This document shows, one piece after another, positions 1 through 9,279 of a stretch of 64,000 nt of DNA. The notes under the pieces were generated by a model. That model saw only the letters and a program-made list of their open reading frames with translations. It was not told where the DNA came from and made no database searches. Numbering within the stretch: the stretch's first letter is position 1; every line of letters starts with the position of its first letter. The stretch spans positions 32,345-96,344 of the forward strand of contig DATDHW010000048.1 in assembly GCA_036521375.1 (NCBI GenBank), read 5' to 3'. The position numbers were made by a program, and so were the translations under genes. The DNA is from Candidatus Cybelea sp. Its GTDB lineage: Bacteria > Vulcanimicrobiota > Vulcanimicrobiia > Vulcanimicrobiales > Vulcanimicrobiaceae.

Positions 1-1
1 T

Positions 2-2407
2 TTCAATAATTTTTTCGATACCGGCGACACGCTCGACGGCGATGGCAGCGTGCGCCTCGCAGCGGCTTCGCGGCGGGCGCGCATCACGACGAGCGGCAAT
101 ATCGATATCCGCAGCTTTCGCTATCGAAATCTGCCGATCGGCGACACGCGCGCCGTGTGGTCGAGCGCGCGCAACTCGGTAAACGGATCGCTGGCGATCG
201 GCGGCAGCGAAGGCGAGCTGCACGCCCACGGCACGATCGACTTGGTACCCGGTCCGCAGTGGCTCGATACGCTCGAACGCTCGCGCTACGATCTCGCCGC
301 GGGCGTCGGCAACTTCGACCTCGCATTCTGGCTGCCGGCGCTTGGAATGCAGGCACTTCCGATTACCGGGCGCGCCGCCGGGGAGGCGACGGTCCACGGC
401 CGGTTTCCCCAGATCGGTGTGAGCGGCTATGCCGGCATTTCAGGCGGTACGCTCGGCCCGCTCACGCTCGATACGGCGACGGTGAGGCTGCACGCCGCGG
501 GCAAGCGCGTGGTCGTCGACCAAGCCCAGCTGCAGACGCCGGGGCTCTCCGCAACCGCATCCGGTACGTTTGGTCTCGACGCGTCGCAGCCGCTCGATCT
601 GCGGGTCTACGCGGCAACGAACCGGCTGGCCGAGCTCGTCTACGATTCTGCGCGAGTGCGTATTCCGGTCAGCGGCGCGTTCGAGTCCACGCTGACTATC
701 GGCGGAACGTATCGCGCGCCGAGCTTCGTTGCCGGCTTCGACGGGACCGGCGTGAAAGCGTACGGCATTCCGATCTCCACGCTCTTTGGGGAGCTGCGCT
801 TGCGCCGCAACTCGCTCGTACTCTCGAATGCGGGGGTGACCTTCAAAAAGGGCGAGGCGAGTCTAACCGGCGCCGTGCCGCTGCGGCTTGCGCCGCTGGG
901 CATTACGATGGATCAGCCGTTGAGCTTCGACGTCGACGTCGTCGGCCTCGATCCCGGAATCTTCGCCGATACCCTCGGCGCGAATACGAAGATGACCGGA
1001 TCGCTCGACGGGCACCTCGGTATCTCAGGGACGCTGCGCAGTCCGGCGGTCGTCGGTCGACTCTCGCTGTCAAATGGGTCGTACGTCAGCGACCTAGAAC
1101 GCATCCCGATCACGCAGATGGTGGCGGACATCGTCTTCGACCACGCGTCGGCCTCGCTCACCCGGGCATCGGCGCGCGCCGGCAGCGGGATACTCTCGGG
1201 ATCGGGCAAGGTATCGTTCCCTTCGGGTCTCTCCGCCAGCGGAACCACGGTTGCGCTGAAGGCCGTCGCGCGGGGGGCGCAGCTCGACCTTCCCGCCTAC
1301 GGCAGCGGAACGCTCGACGCGGTGCTAACCGTGGCCAAACAGCCGGCCGCTCTGGCCCTGCTCTCGGGGAGCATAACGCTAAGCAATGCGGCGTTGCCCT
1401 TCGCCTCATTCCTCAAAGCCGCGACGCAGACGGGTTCGGGGCAGGCGCTCGCCTTGCCGCTTGCCTTCGACGTGCGTGCGACGGCCGGCAAGAATGTGAG
1501 GGTCCGGGGGAGCGGCTACGGCGCCGGACTCGACATCGGAGCGAGCGGCTCGGTTCGGCTTGCGGGCACGCTTGCCACGCCGACTTTAGAGGGTACGTTT
1601 GCGTCTACTGGCGGCACGCTGACCTATTTTGACCGCGCCTTCCGCGTTCAGCAGGCGAGCGTTCGGTTTAACGCCACCGACGGCGTGCTTCCGGCGCTTC
1701 ATGCCGTTGCGAGCACGACCGTCGTGAATCCCGATCCTGACCGGGCCCGCAATCCCTACGGGAGCGCGGACGTAACCATAACGGTGAACGGGCCGATCGC
1801 CGGCCTAAAGGTCGGCCTCGACTCGAGTCCGACGGGGTACACGCGGGATCAGATCCTGGCGCTCATCGCGCCGCTCGGCGGCTTCGTCAGCGGCATCTCG
1901 TTTAGCCGCCAGCAGCTGCTGGCCCGGCAGCAGCCGGCCGGGATCACACCGCTGGGCACGCTCTCGCCGATACCGAACGTGACGCTCTCGCAGAACAGCA
2001 CGATCACGGTCGGCCAGGAAGCCTTCAACATTCTCAACGCGCAGTTCACCGCTGGACTCCTGGCGCCGGTAGAGACGACGATCGGTCAAGGGCTCGGGCT
2101 CTCGAGTATCAATTTGACGCTCGGCTATTACGGAAACGTCGGGTTGACCGCCACGCGCTTGCTCGGCAAAGCCGTCAGCGCCGTCTACGCGGTAACCTTC
2201 GGTCTTCCGCAGATACAATCGTTCGGGCTGGTGCTCCAGCCCGGGCCGAGCACCTCGGCAAATCTCAACTTCTTCTACGAATCGGGCCCGACGAAACTTC
2301 TACAGCTCCCCGGCTCGCCGGTCGGTTACAGCGCCGGCTATCTCGTCGGCCAGCCGTTGCTCGGTAACAGCGGCTTCAGCCTTACCCTGCAGCACTATTT
2401 CTGGTGA
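2..2407 (+). CDS. tamB: TamB-like translocation and assembly module protein, C-terminal part (5' end lies outside the window)
   Basis: The frame is open from nt 2, with no stop before the listed GTG at 50, so the gene is cut by the window edge. It has more than 785 aa of G/S/T/A-rich beta-type repeats. It ends in the aromatic '...SLTLQHYFW' typical of the DUF490 C-terminus. It sits directly upstream of bamA. Confidence 0.65.
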   Translation, partial: FNNFFDTGDTLDGDGSVRLAAASRRARITTSGNIDIRSFRYRNLPIGDTRAVWSSARNSVNGSLAIGGSEGELHAHGTIDLVPGPQWLDTLERSRYDLAAGVGNFDLAFWLPALGMQALPITGRAAGEATVHGRFPQIGVSGYAGISGGTLGPLTLDTATVRLHAAGKRVVVDQAQLQTPGLSATASGTFGLDASQPLDLRVYAATNRLAELVYDSARVRIPVSGAFESTLTIGGTYRAPSFVAGFDGTGVKAYGIPISTLFGELRLRRNSLVLSNAGVTFKKGEASLTGAVPLRLAPLGITMDQPLSFDVDVVGLDPGIFADTLGANTKMTGSLDGHLGISGTLRSPAVVGRLSLSNGSYVSDLERIPITQMVADIVFDHASASLTRASARAGSGILSGSGKVSFPSGLSASGTTVALKAVARGAQLDLPAYGSGTLDAVLTVAKQPAALALLSGSITLSNAALPFASFLKAATQTGSGQALALPLAFDVRATAGKNVRVRGSGYGAGLDIGASGSVRLAGTLATPTLEGTFASTGGTLTYFDRAFRVQQASVRFNATDGVLPALHAVASTTVVNPDPDRARNPYGSADVTITVNGPIAGLKVGLDSSPTGYTRDQILALIAPLGGFVSGISFSRQQLLARQQPAGITPLGTLSPIPNVTLSQNSTITVGQEAFNILNAQFTAGLLAPVETTIGQGLGLSSINLTLGYYGNVGLTATRLLGKAVSAVYAVTFGLPQIQSFGLVLQPGPSTSANLNFFYESGPTKLLQLPGSPVGYSAGYLVGQPLLGNSGFSLTLQHYFW

Positions 2408-2595
2408 TCTGCCACGCCATTCGCTCCAGACGTTCCCTTGATTAAGCACGCGTTGGAGCATCGGCAATGGAGCAAGGACCCCGGCGAAGGCGGGCGGAAC
2501 AGGGCGTGCCGGGCCGCAGGCGATATGCTTGCAGCGAGGTGCCCGTGCTAAACACGCCAGCCACGTCGAGAGCAGATTGAGAACAACTTTTTCAG

Positions 2596-4860
2596 ATGAC
2601 CTTTGACCCCCGACGCGTCCGCGCAAGCAGATGGCGCTTGGGCATCATTCTTCCGCTGCTCGCGATGCTTCGGCTGAGCCTCGCGCCCGCGATGGCCGCG
2701 CCCGCGCCGGCGGCTCCGAAGATTGTGTCCGTAGACATCACCGGCAACCTCCACGTTCCGACGTCGACGATCATGTCGGTGATCGCGGCGCGGCCGGGAC
2801 AGCCGTACGATCCCAAGACCGTCCAGGACGATCTCGCGCGCATCAACGCGCTGGGCTATTTCGCCGCTATCGCGCCGCCGCTAGTACGCGCGCGTCCCAA
2901 CGGTGTGGCCATCACCTATCGGGTCGTCGAGAATCCGGTTATTACGAAGATCGACTTCAGCGGAAATCTGAAAGTGCCGAGCGACACGCTCTCGGCGCTC
3001 ATGGATCTCTCCGTCGGCCAGGTCTTCAACACGAATACTTTCCGGCAAGACGTACTGAAGATCAATAATTACTACGAGCGTATCGGCTACGGCGGCCAGG
3101 TGCCGACGCACGTCAAAGACATCAATCTCGATTCAAAGACCGGCGCCTTGACGCTGACGATTCAAGAAGGCTTGATCGTCAAGAACATCGAGATCGGCGG
3201 CGACCCGCTGCTCCCGCCGGCGCTGATTCTGCCGGCGCTGACGCTCAAAGAAGGCAGCGTCTATTCCAACGCCGTTCGCGACGCCGACGCAAAAGCGCTG
3301 CAGAAGCTCTACGAGAACCGCTTCCACCTCGAGCTGGGAAACTTCGAAGGCGGCATCGTGCCCTCGTCGATCGATCTCAAAGCCGGCACGGCGGACGTTA
3401 AGTACAACATCTACGTCGCGCGTATCTCGGTCGTGGAGATCACCGGCAACACCCGAACGAAGGACAACGTCATCCGCCGCGAGCTGCGAGAACGCCCGGG
3501 CATGGTTCTCAATACGGACGCGGTCAAACGCGACTACGAGCGGCTCAACGCGCTGAACTTCTTCTCGAAAGTCGAGCCGGACATCAAGCCCGGTCCGGAC
3601 CCGAAAAAGCCGCAGGACGTTACGGTCGTCTGGCACGTCACCGAGCAGCGAACCGCTTCAGCTTCGGTGGGCTTCGGCTACTCGGGCGGCTTGACCGGGC
3701 TCGGTCTGTACGCCACCTTGGGGCTCACAGATACGAACCTGCACGGAACCGGCAACTCGGCCGGCATCCAGTTTGAAGAGGGTGCGCGGACCGGAGTCGC
3801 CCAGCTCAACTTGTCGATTCCGTACCTCGGCAATACCCCTCAGGGGCAGCGGTACACCGCCGGCGGTTCGATCTTCTTCAACCATTCGACGTACTATTAT
3901 CCGGTCTACAGCATCACCGGAAGCGGAAGCTCGGTCGCGAGCAATCCAAACGTGCCGATCCCGGTCACGCTCTATCCGAGTTCGAGCTCGCAGCAGCTCG
4001 GGAATATCGTCGCGACAAGCACGTCCAGCTCCAACGGTGTCACCGGCAACGTCGGCCGCCGCCTCAGCGACTACACGATCCTGTCGCTTGCGGTCACCGG
4101 AGAGAAGATCCGGTACGACACGAACGTCCCGTCACCGTATTACTTCCAAGGTAATCAGCCGAACATCTTCGTCGGGCCCTCGCCCTCGCCGATCAGTTCT
4201 TCGCAGAATCAGTACGGAGGCTCGTTCGGTATCGCCGCGTCCTCGATCGCCAATGTCAACACGGGCTCGCCGTACAATCTCATCACGACCGGATTGAGCT
4301 TGCAGTCGATCACGCTCGACGATCCGTTTAATCCGCGCGAGGGTGTGAAGGCGCTCCTCAACACGACGTTATCCACGCCGACGTTCGGCTCAAATTTCTC
4401 CTTTACGCAGAGCACGATCGATCTCGCGAAGTTCTTCCCGATTCTGCGGGACGCGACCATCGGCGTTCACGGCGTTGGGTACCTATCGACCGGCGTCATT
4501 CCGCCGAGCTCGCTCTTTACGTTTTCAGACCAGCAGATGCGTGGCTACAACCAAGTCTTTTACGCGACCAACGCGTACCTCGGTCAGATCGAGCTGCGCC
4601 AGCCGCTGGCGCTCGACCGCCGTATAACCATCGCCCTCTTCGTCGACGAACTTGACTATCGAATCCGGGGAGCCTATCCGCTGCTCAATCCCTACACCAA
4701 CCGGATCACCGGATACCCGTCGGACTGGGCACTTTTGGGCGACGCCGGCGCCGGCATCCGCTTCGACGTACCGCAGCTGGGCCTCCGAACGGTGCGCATC
4801 GATTTTGCCAAGGGTCTCTACGGTACGCACACGAGCTTCGGAATCGGGCAAAGCTTCTAG
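2596..4860 (+). CDS. bamA: Outer membrane protein assembly factor BamA (POTRA repeats plus Omp85 barrel)
   Basis: Signal peptide '...LSLAPAMAAPAPA'. POTRA-like units ('KIVSVDITGNLHVPTSTIMSVIAARPGQPYDPKTVQDDLARINALGYF', 'ITKIDFSGNLKVPSDTL', 'VVEITGNTRTKDNVIRRELRERPG'). Beta-barrel C-terminus ending in 'GIGQSF'. Followed by skp-lpxD as in the canonical operon. Confidence 0.9.
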   Translation: MTFDPRRVRASRWRLGIILPLLAMLRLSLAPAMAAPAPAAPKIVSVDITGNLHVPTSTIMSVIAARPGQPYDPKTVQDDLARINALGYFAAIAPPLVRARPNGVAITYRVVENPVITKIDFSGNLKVPSDTLSALMDLSVGQVFNTNTFRQDVLKINNYYERIGYGGQVPTHVKDINLDSKTGALTLTIQEGLIVKNIEIGGDPLLPPALILPALTLKEGSVYSNAVRDADAKALQKLYENRFHLELGNFEGGIVPSSIDLKAGTADVKYNIYVARISVVEITGNTRTKDNVIRRELRERPGMVLNTDAVKRDYERLNALNFFSKVEPDIKPGPDPKKPQDVTVVWHVTEQRTASASVGFGYSGGLTGLGLYATLGLTDTNLHGTGNSAGIQFEEGARTGVAQLNLSIPYLGNTPQGQRYTAGGSIFFNHSTYYYPVYSITGSGSSVASNPNVPIPVTLYPSSSSQQLGNIVATSTSSSNGVTGNVGRRLSDYTILSLAVTGEKIRYDTNVPSPYYFQGNQPNIFVGPSPSPISSSQNQYGGSFGIAASSIANVNTGSPYNLITTGLSLQSITLDDPFNPREGVKALLNTTLSTPTFGSNFSFTQSTIDLAKFFPILRDATIGVHGVGYLSTGVIPPSSLFTFSDQQMRGYNQVFYATNAYLGQIELRQPLALDRRITIALFVDELDYRIRGAYPLLNPYTNRITGYPSDWALLGDAGAGIRFDVPQLGLRTVRIDFAKGLYGTHTSFGIGQSF

Positions 4861-4891
4861 GCGCCCCGGGGCGAAGCTTCAGAGAAGGAAG

Positions 4892-5695
4892 ATGAAAACT
4901 CGATCAATTATTCTCAGCGCCGCCGCATTGCTGCTGGCGGCCTCGCTTATGCCGGGCGCCATAGCGGCCGACCTCACCGACGTCGCCTTCGTCGATCAAG
5001 CGGACGTCGCGAATCTGCCGGTCTTTTTGAGCGCGAACCGTCAGCTCGCCGGGTTCAAAGCTCAGATGGACGGGCAGTACAACGCCCAGATCGCCCACGC
5101 CAAGTCCGATGCCGACAAGCAGAGGATAACGATGCAGTTTCAGCAGCAGCTCAACGACAAGCAGCGTGAAATCGTCGGGCCGCTTTTCCAGCGGGTGCAG
5201 CTGGCGATCGCGGCGGTTGCGGCAGCGCACAACGCCTCGGTCGTCGTCGACAAGCGAATCGTGATTTACGGGGGCCAAGACATCACCAAAGACGTCGAGA
5301 CGATTTTCTCGAGCCCGCAGGCGGTCTCCCCAGCCGCGGCCTCCCCGCCGCCGTCGGAGATCGGTTTCGTCGACCAGAGCGCGCTCGACGGAATTCCGAA
5401 GGTGCAGACCGCGAATCAGCAGATGTCGCAGTTCGAGAGTACGCAGCGACAGCTCTACGCCGCGAAGATGGCCGAGGCGAGGGGCAACAGCGACAAGCAG
5501 CAAGTCCTCACCGCCTATAACAAGTTGATCTCCGATAAGCAGGATCAGCTGCTCAAACCGCTGGTCGACGCCACGAAATCGGCGACCGCCGACGTCGCGC
5601 GCAAAAAGAAGCTGCTGCTCGTCGTCGATCGCGCCGATATCGTTTATGGAGGCACGGACATCACCACGGATGTCCAGAATGAGCTCTCGAAATAG
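4892..5695 (+). CDS. skp: OmpH/Skp-family periplasmic chaperone with an internally duplicated OmpH domain
   Basis: ATG at 4892 is aa 81 of the listed ORF and is preceded by GAAGGAAG. Signal peptide 'MKTRSIILSAAALLLAASLMPGAIA'. There are two OmpH-like halves, each starting 'FVDQ(A/S)' and ending 'V(I/V)YGG(Q/T)DIT(K/T)DV'. The upstream 80 codons of the ORF overlap the bamA 3' end and look non-coding. Confidence 0.75.
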   Translation: MKTRSIILSAAALLLAASLMPGAIAADLTDVAFVDQADVANLPVFLSANRQLAGFKAQMDGQYNAQIAHAKSDADKQRITMQFQQQLNDKQREIVGPLFQRVQLAIAAVAAAHNASVVVDKRIVIYGGQDITKDVETIFSSPQAVSPAAASPPPSEIGFVDQSALDGIPKVQTANQQMSQFESTQRQLYAAKMAEARGNSDKQQVLTAYNKLISDKQDQLLKPLVDATKSATADVARKKKLLLVVDRADIVYGGTDITTDVQNELSK

Positions 5696-6980
5696 TGCCG
5701 CAGCACTGCTTGGCATGCTAACGACGCTCGGTGCCGCCGCGGTTTTGCCGTCGGGTTGCGGCGTCAACGTGCACTCGGCTGCGATCCGCGGCACGGGTTA
5801 CGTCCGCCTCGACGAGGCCGTCAAACGCCACCCGCTCTATCCGCAGTTATCGCAAATCGACGATGCGATTGCGGCGATCAACCTTCAGTCTTCCGGTCCG
5901 CACGTACCGCTAACCGCACGGCAGATCGCGACGCAGACGGCGGAGCTCAATGCGGAGCTGCGGGCCGCGCAGGACCGCACCAACAAAATCCTGGCGCAAA
6001 AGCAGCGCGACTACACGCGCCGCGAGCAGCAAGCCGTGGCCTCCGCGCTGGGTGCCGCGGGGGTCTCGGGCGCTGGCGCGCTCGCCGCGCAGCAGATGAG
6101 CGGCGCCTCGGCCGCGCAGGCGCAGCAGGCCGCCCAGGCCGCGAGCGCCGACCTTTCGGCCTATCAGCAGAACGTCATCTCGCAAGACAACGCGGCCACC
6201 AACTCGATCGCTAATCAGCTCGAGACGCAAGCCGCGCAGAAGTATCGCGCGAAGGCCGAAGAGCTGCAGCAGAACGAGACCGATCTCTCGCTGCGCCTTA
6301 CGCAGCAGGATGCCGGTGCGCGCTTAGCGATCAAGATGCGCCTTTCGAATCTGGCCATGGACCCCGAGGCTCGCAAACAGGCGCAGCAACAGCTCGACGC
6401 CATCAACGCAAAGGAGGCGGCGCAAGTCGGCGCTCTGCGCGGCAGCGACGCGGCAACCTTGCGGGCCTACAAGGCGCAGTTGGATCGTCAAACCTCCGGC
6501 GCAATCCGCTCGCAGGTCGGCACGATCACCGCCCAAACGAAGGCGAAACTCGAAGAGCACCGCAGCGAGGTTGGATCGCAGCTGCGCAGTCTGGCGCCGG
6601 CTACTGCCTCTCCGAACCTTTCGCCGGGCGTGCGCGCGCAGATCGCCAAGATTGCGCGCCAGTACGCAGGTCAGTTCCAAGCCGACGCGGGCAAGACGCT
6701 CGCCGAATACAATGCCACGAAAGCCGATCTCGACCGCCAGTTCGCGGCCCTTCACGGAGCCGACGTCGGCGCCACCGGAGCGGCCGCCAAGGAGCTCAAC
6801 TCACTACAGAGGCGCCGCACCGAGCTGTACGGACAGATCGTCGGTCAGGTCGAGCGCGACGCGGCCCGCGTCGCCAAGGATCGCGGGCTCAGCATCGTTT
6901 TCGTTAACGTTTGGGCCGCCGCGGGCGGATACGACATGACATCCCAAGTCATCAGCGACGTTGAAAGCCAACACGAGTGA
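5670..6980 (+). CDS. OmpH/Skp-like lipoprotein with a ~300-aa Q/A-rich coiled-coil expansion
   Basis: N-terminus '...AALLGMLTTLGAAAVLPSGCGV' is a lipobox-like signal. Skp-like N-terminal strand 'GYVRLDEAVKRHP'. Skp-like C-terminus 'AKDRGLSIVFVNVWAAAGGYDMTSQVISDVE'. The middle is a long heptad-like Q/A/E/R-rich helix. The start is ambiguous (ATG at 5646, 5670 or 5679). Confidence 0.6.
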   Translation: MSRMSSRNSAAALLGMLTTLGAAAVLPSGCGVNVHSAAIRGTGYVRLDEAVKRHPLYPQLSQIDDAIAAINLQSSGPHVPLTARQIATQTAELNAELRAAQDRTNKILAQKQRDYTRREQQAVASALGAAGVSGAGALAAQQMSGASAAQAQQAAQAASADLSAYQQNVISQDNAATNSIANQLETQAAQKYRAKAEELQQNETDLSLRLTQQDAGARLAIKMRLSNLAMDPEARKQAQQQLDAINAKEAAQVGALRGSDAATLRAYKAQLDRQTSGAIRSQVGTITAQTKAKLEEHRSEVGSQLRSLAPATASPNLSPGVRAQIAKIARQYAGQFQADAGKTLAEYNATKADLDRQFAALHGADVGATGAAAKELNSLQRRRTELYGQIVGQVERDAARVAKDRGLSIVFVNVWAAAGGYDMTSQVISDVESQHE

Positions 6981-7384
6981 AAAAGAACAGATACGCCATC
7001 GTCATCACACTTGCAGCGATGCTCGCCGGCTGCGCGGCGCACAGCCAGATCGGGCTGGTGGACGTGCAGCGAATCGTGAACAACTGGCCCGAGTACCAGG
7101 GCTATCAAAATCAACTGGTCTCCGAAGAGCGGTCGATTGCCTCGCGACGGGAGAGCGCGGGGCGGCGAGCGCGCGATACGGCGGCGCTGGAGCGCAAATA
7201 TGCAAAGGTCACCGATCACCTCTCGCAGCAGATCCGCGACGCCGCCGGGAAGATCGCCGCGAACAACCAGATGAAGCTCGTCTTGACCCGCGAGGGCGTC
7301 GGTTACGGGGGCACCGACATCACCAGCGACATCGAAAAGTCGATGAACATCACGGAGAAAGCTACTCCCACGCCGGGAGTCTAG
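6977..7384 (+). CDS. OmpH/Skp-family lipoprotein (short form)
   Basis: The GTG start overlaps the previous stop (GTGA). Perfect lipobox 'TLAAMLAGC'. 'IGLVDVQRIVNNWPEYQ...' and the C-terminal 'LVLTREGVGYGGTDITSDIEKSM' match the OmpH pattern of the two upstream genes. Confidence 0.7.
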   Translation: MKKNRYAIVITLAAMLAGCAAHSQIGLVDVQRIVNNWPEYQGYQNQLVSEERSIASRRESAGRRARDTAALERKYAKVTDHLSQQIRDAAGKIAANNQMKLVLTREGVGYGGTDITSDIEKSMNITEKATPTPGV

Positions 7385-7391
7385 CGATCCC

Positions 7392-8414
7392 GTGCTCGGC
7401 ACGCTGGAGGACCTTGCGCGGCGCGTCGGCGGGCGCGTCGTCGGCGACGGCGCCGTGCCGATCGAAACGATTGCAGGCATCGACGACGCCCGGCCGGGCG
7501 CGCTGACTTTTGCGACCTCCCCAACGTATCTGGCTGCGGCCTGCCGCAGCGCTGCGGCAGCGGTTTTGATCGATGAGTCGCTCGCAGCGTCCCACGTGCT
7601 CAAGCCGCTGCTCGTCGTCGAGAACGCGCGACAGGCGCTGGCGGCGCTGCTCGAGAGTTTACGTGCGCCGCGGCCGCGTGGGCCGTTCCGGCACCCGGCG
7701 GCATTCGTCGCGCCGGACGCGACGCTTGCGCAAGACGTCTACGTCGAGGCCCATGCCTACGTCGGCAGCGGCGTCTCGATCGGAGCAGGGAGCGTCGTCG
7801 GCGCCGGCGCCTATATCGGAGACGGCAGCGCGCTTGGCGAGTCCGTCTGGGTCAAGCCCAATGCGAGCCTGATGGCGGGCTGCGTCGTCGGCGATCGGGT
7901 CGTCCTGCATTCCGGCTGCGTCATCGGCAGCGACGGCTTCGGTTGGACGTTCGTGGGCGGTCGCGCCGAACGAATTCCGCAGGTCGGCAACGTGGTGCTG
8001 GAAGAGGATGTCGAGATCGGTGCCAACACGTGCGTCGACCGGGCTCAGACGGGTTCGACGGTGATCGGCGCCGGAACGAAGATCGATAACTTAGTTCAGA
8101 TCGGGCACAACTGCCGGATCGGAAAGCACTGCGTCATCGCGTCGTTGACCGGGCTGGCCGGCTCTACGGCGATTGGGGACTACGTCCGAGTTGCCGGACA
8201 AGTCGGATTCAAAGGGCACATCACGGTCGGTTCCAGCGTTACGATCGCCGGTCAAACCGGCGTCTGGCACGACGTCGAAGACGGAGCGACGATCTCTGGT
8301 CAGCCCGCGCAGAATCACCGCGACGAGCTGCGGCGACAGGTCATGATTCGCAAGCTGCCAAAGCTGTTCGATCGTGTCGACGCCCTGGAGCGCTCGTCCT
8401 CAAGAAAAAACTAA
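7392..8414 (+). CDS. lpxD: UDP-3-O-acylglucosamine N-acyltransferase
   Basis: LpxD N-terminal domain ('TLEDLARRVGGRVVGDG...IAGIDDARPGALTF'). Long left-handed beta-helix hexapeptide repeats. Position between skp and lpxC/fabZ. Confidence 0.9.
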   Translation: MLGTLEDLARRVGGRVVGDGAVPIETIAGIDDARPGALTFATSPTYLAAACRSAAAAVLIDESLAASHVLKPLLVVENARQALAALLESLRAPRPRGPFRHPAAFVAPDATLAQDVYVEAHAYVGSGVSIGAGSVVGAGAYIGDGSALGESVWVKPNASLMAGCVVGDRVVLHSGCVIGSDGFGWTFVGGRAERIPQVGNVVLEEDVEIGANTCVDRAQTGSTVIGAGTKIDNLVQIGHNCRIGKHCVIASLTGLAGSTAIGDYVRVAGQVGFKGHITVGSSVTIAGQTGVWHDVEDGATISGQPAQNHRDELRRQVMIRKLPKLFDRVDALERSSSRKN

Positions 8415-8447
8415 GGCACCTCCGAAGAGGCCCGCGTACCGATTCCA

Positions 8448-9269
8448 ATGATGCAAGCGACGCTTCGCGAGAGGCTCTTCTTCGAGGGTGTCGGCCTTCA
8501 CACCGGAGCGCCGTGTCGCGTCGAGTTGCGCCCAGCAGCAGCCGACGCCGGCCTATTCTTCGTCGCCGGCGGGGTCCGGATTCCCGCCACGGTCGAATAC
8601 GTGGTCGACACGACCCGCGCGACCGTTGTCGGCCGCGACGGCGTGAGCATCTCGACGACCGAGCATCTCCTCTCCGCGCTCTTCGCGATGGGGGTCGCAA
8701 ACTGTGAAATCCTCGTCGAAGGACCCGAAATACCGGTCTGCGACGGAAGCGCCTCATACTTTGTGGCGGCGATCGATGCCTGCGGATTAGACGTGCAGTC
8801 TCAAGAACGCAGGCGATTGGAACTCTCCGAACCGCTCTTCGTGCGCGACGGCGACAAGCTGATCGCCGCGCTCCCGTCGCCGTGCTGGCGGGTGCGCTTC
8901 ATGGCCGATTTCCCCGAGCCGATCGGCACCCAGTACTTTAGCAGTGAGATCGACGGGAGCGCTTACCGGGACGAGATCGCGGGCGCCCGCACGTTCGGAT
9001 ACCTGCACGAGGTGCAAGCGCTCTTGGAGCGAGGGCTGGCGCGCGGGGGAAGCCTCGACAACGCTCTGGTCTTTGGACCCGACGGTCCGATGCAGCCGCT
9101 CCGCTGGCCCAACGAGGCGGTGCGGCATAAGGTGCTCGATCTGATCGGCGACCTCGCGTTGCTGGGAGCGTGGCCCCTATGCGAGATCGTCGCGGTCAAG
9201 AGCGGACACGAGCTGCACTGCACGATCACCAACGTCCTACGTACGCAATTGCGCGTACTGTCTGCCTAG
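8448..9269 (+). CDS. lpxC: UDP-3-O-acyl-N-acetylglucosamine deacetylase
   Basis: 'QATLRERLFFEGVGLHTGAPCRVELRP', 'TTEHLLSALFAMGV', 'FGYLHEVQALLERGLARGGSLDNA', 'VRHKVLDLIGDLALLG' and 'SGHELH' are LpxC hallmark blocks. Confidence 0.9.
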   Translation: MMQATLRERLFFEGVGLHTGAPCRVELRPAAADAGLFFVAGGVRIPATVEYVVDTTRATVVGRDGVSISTTEHLLSALFAMGVANCEILVEGPEIPVCDGSASYFVAAIDACGLDVQSQERRRLELSEPLFVRDGDKLIAALPSPCWRVRFMADFPEPIGTQYFSSEIDGSAYRDEIAGARTFGYLHEVQALLERGLARGGSLDNALVFGPDGPMQPLRWPNEAVRHKVLDLIGDLALLGAWPLCEIVAVKSGHELHCTITNVLRTQLRVLSA

Positions 9270-9279
9270 GAGAGCACGA

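Noticed and set aside
4652-4891. 80-codon N-terminal extension of the first skp ORF; similar extensions of lpxA (9512), recR (26665), recQ (24982), DUF697 (29432), kdd (63456) and the 51073 ORF
   Set aside because: The extensions overlap the preceding or opposing gene and are compositionally off-frame. Internal starts give proper signal peptides or conserved N-termini, with short gaps or 4-nt overlaps.
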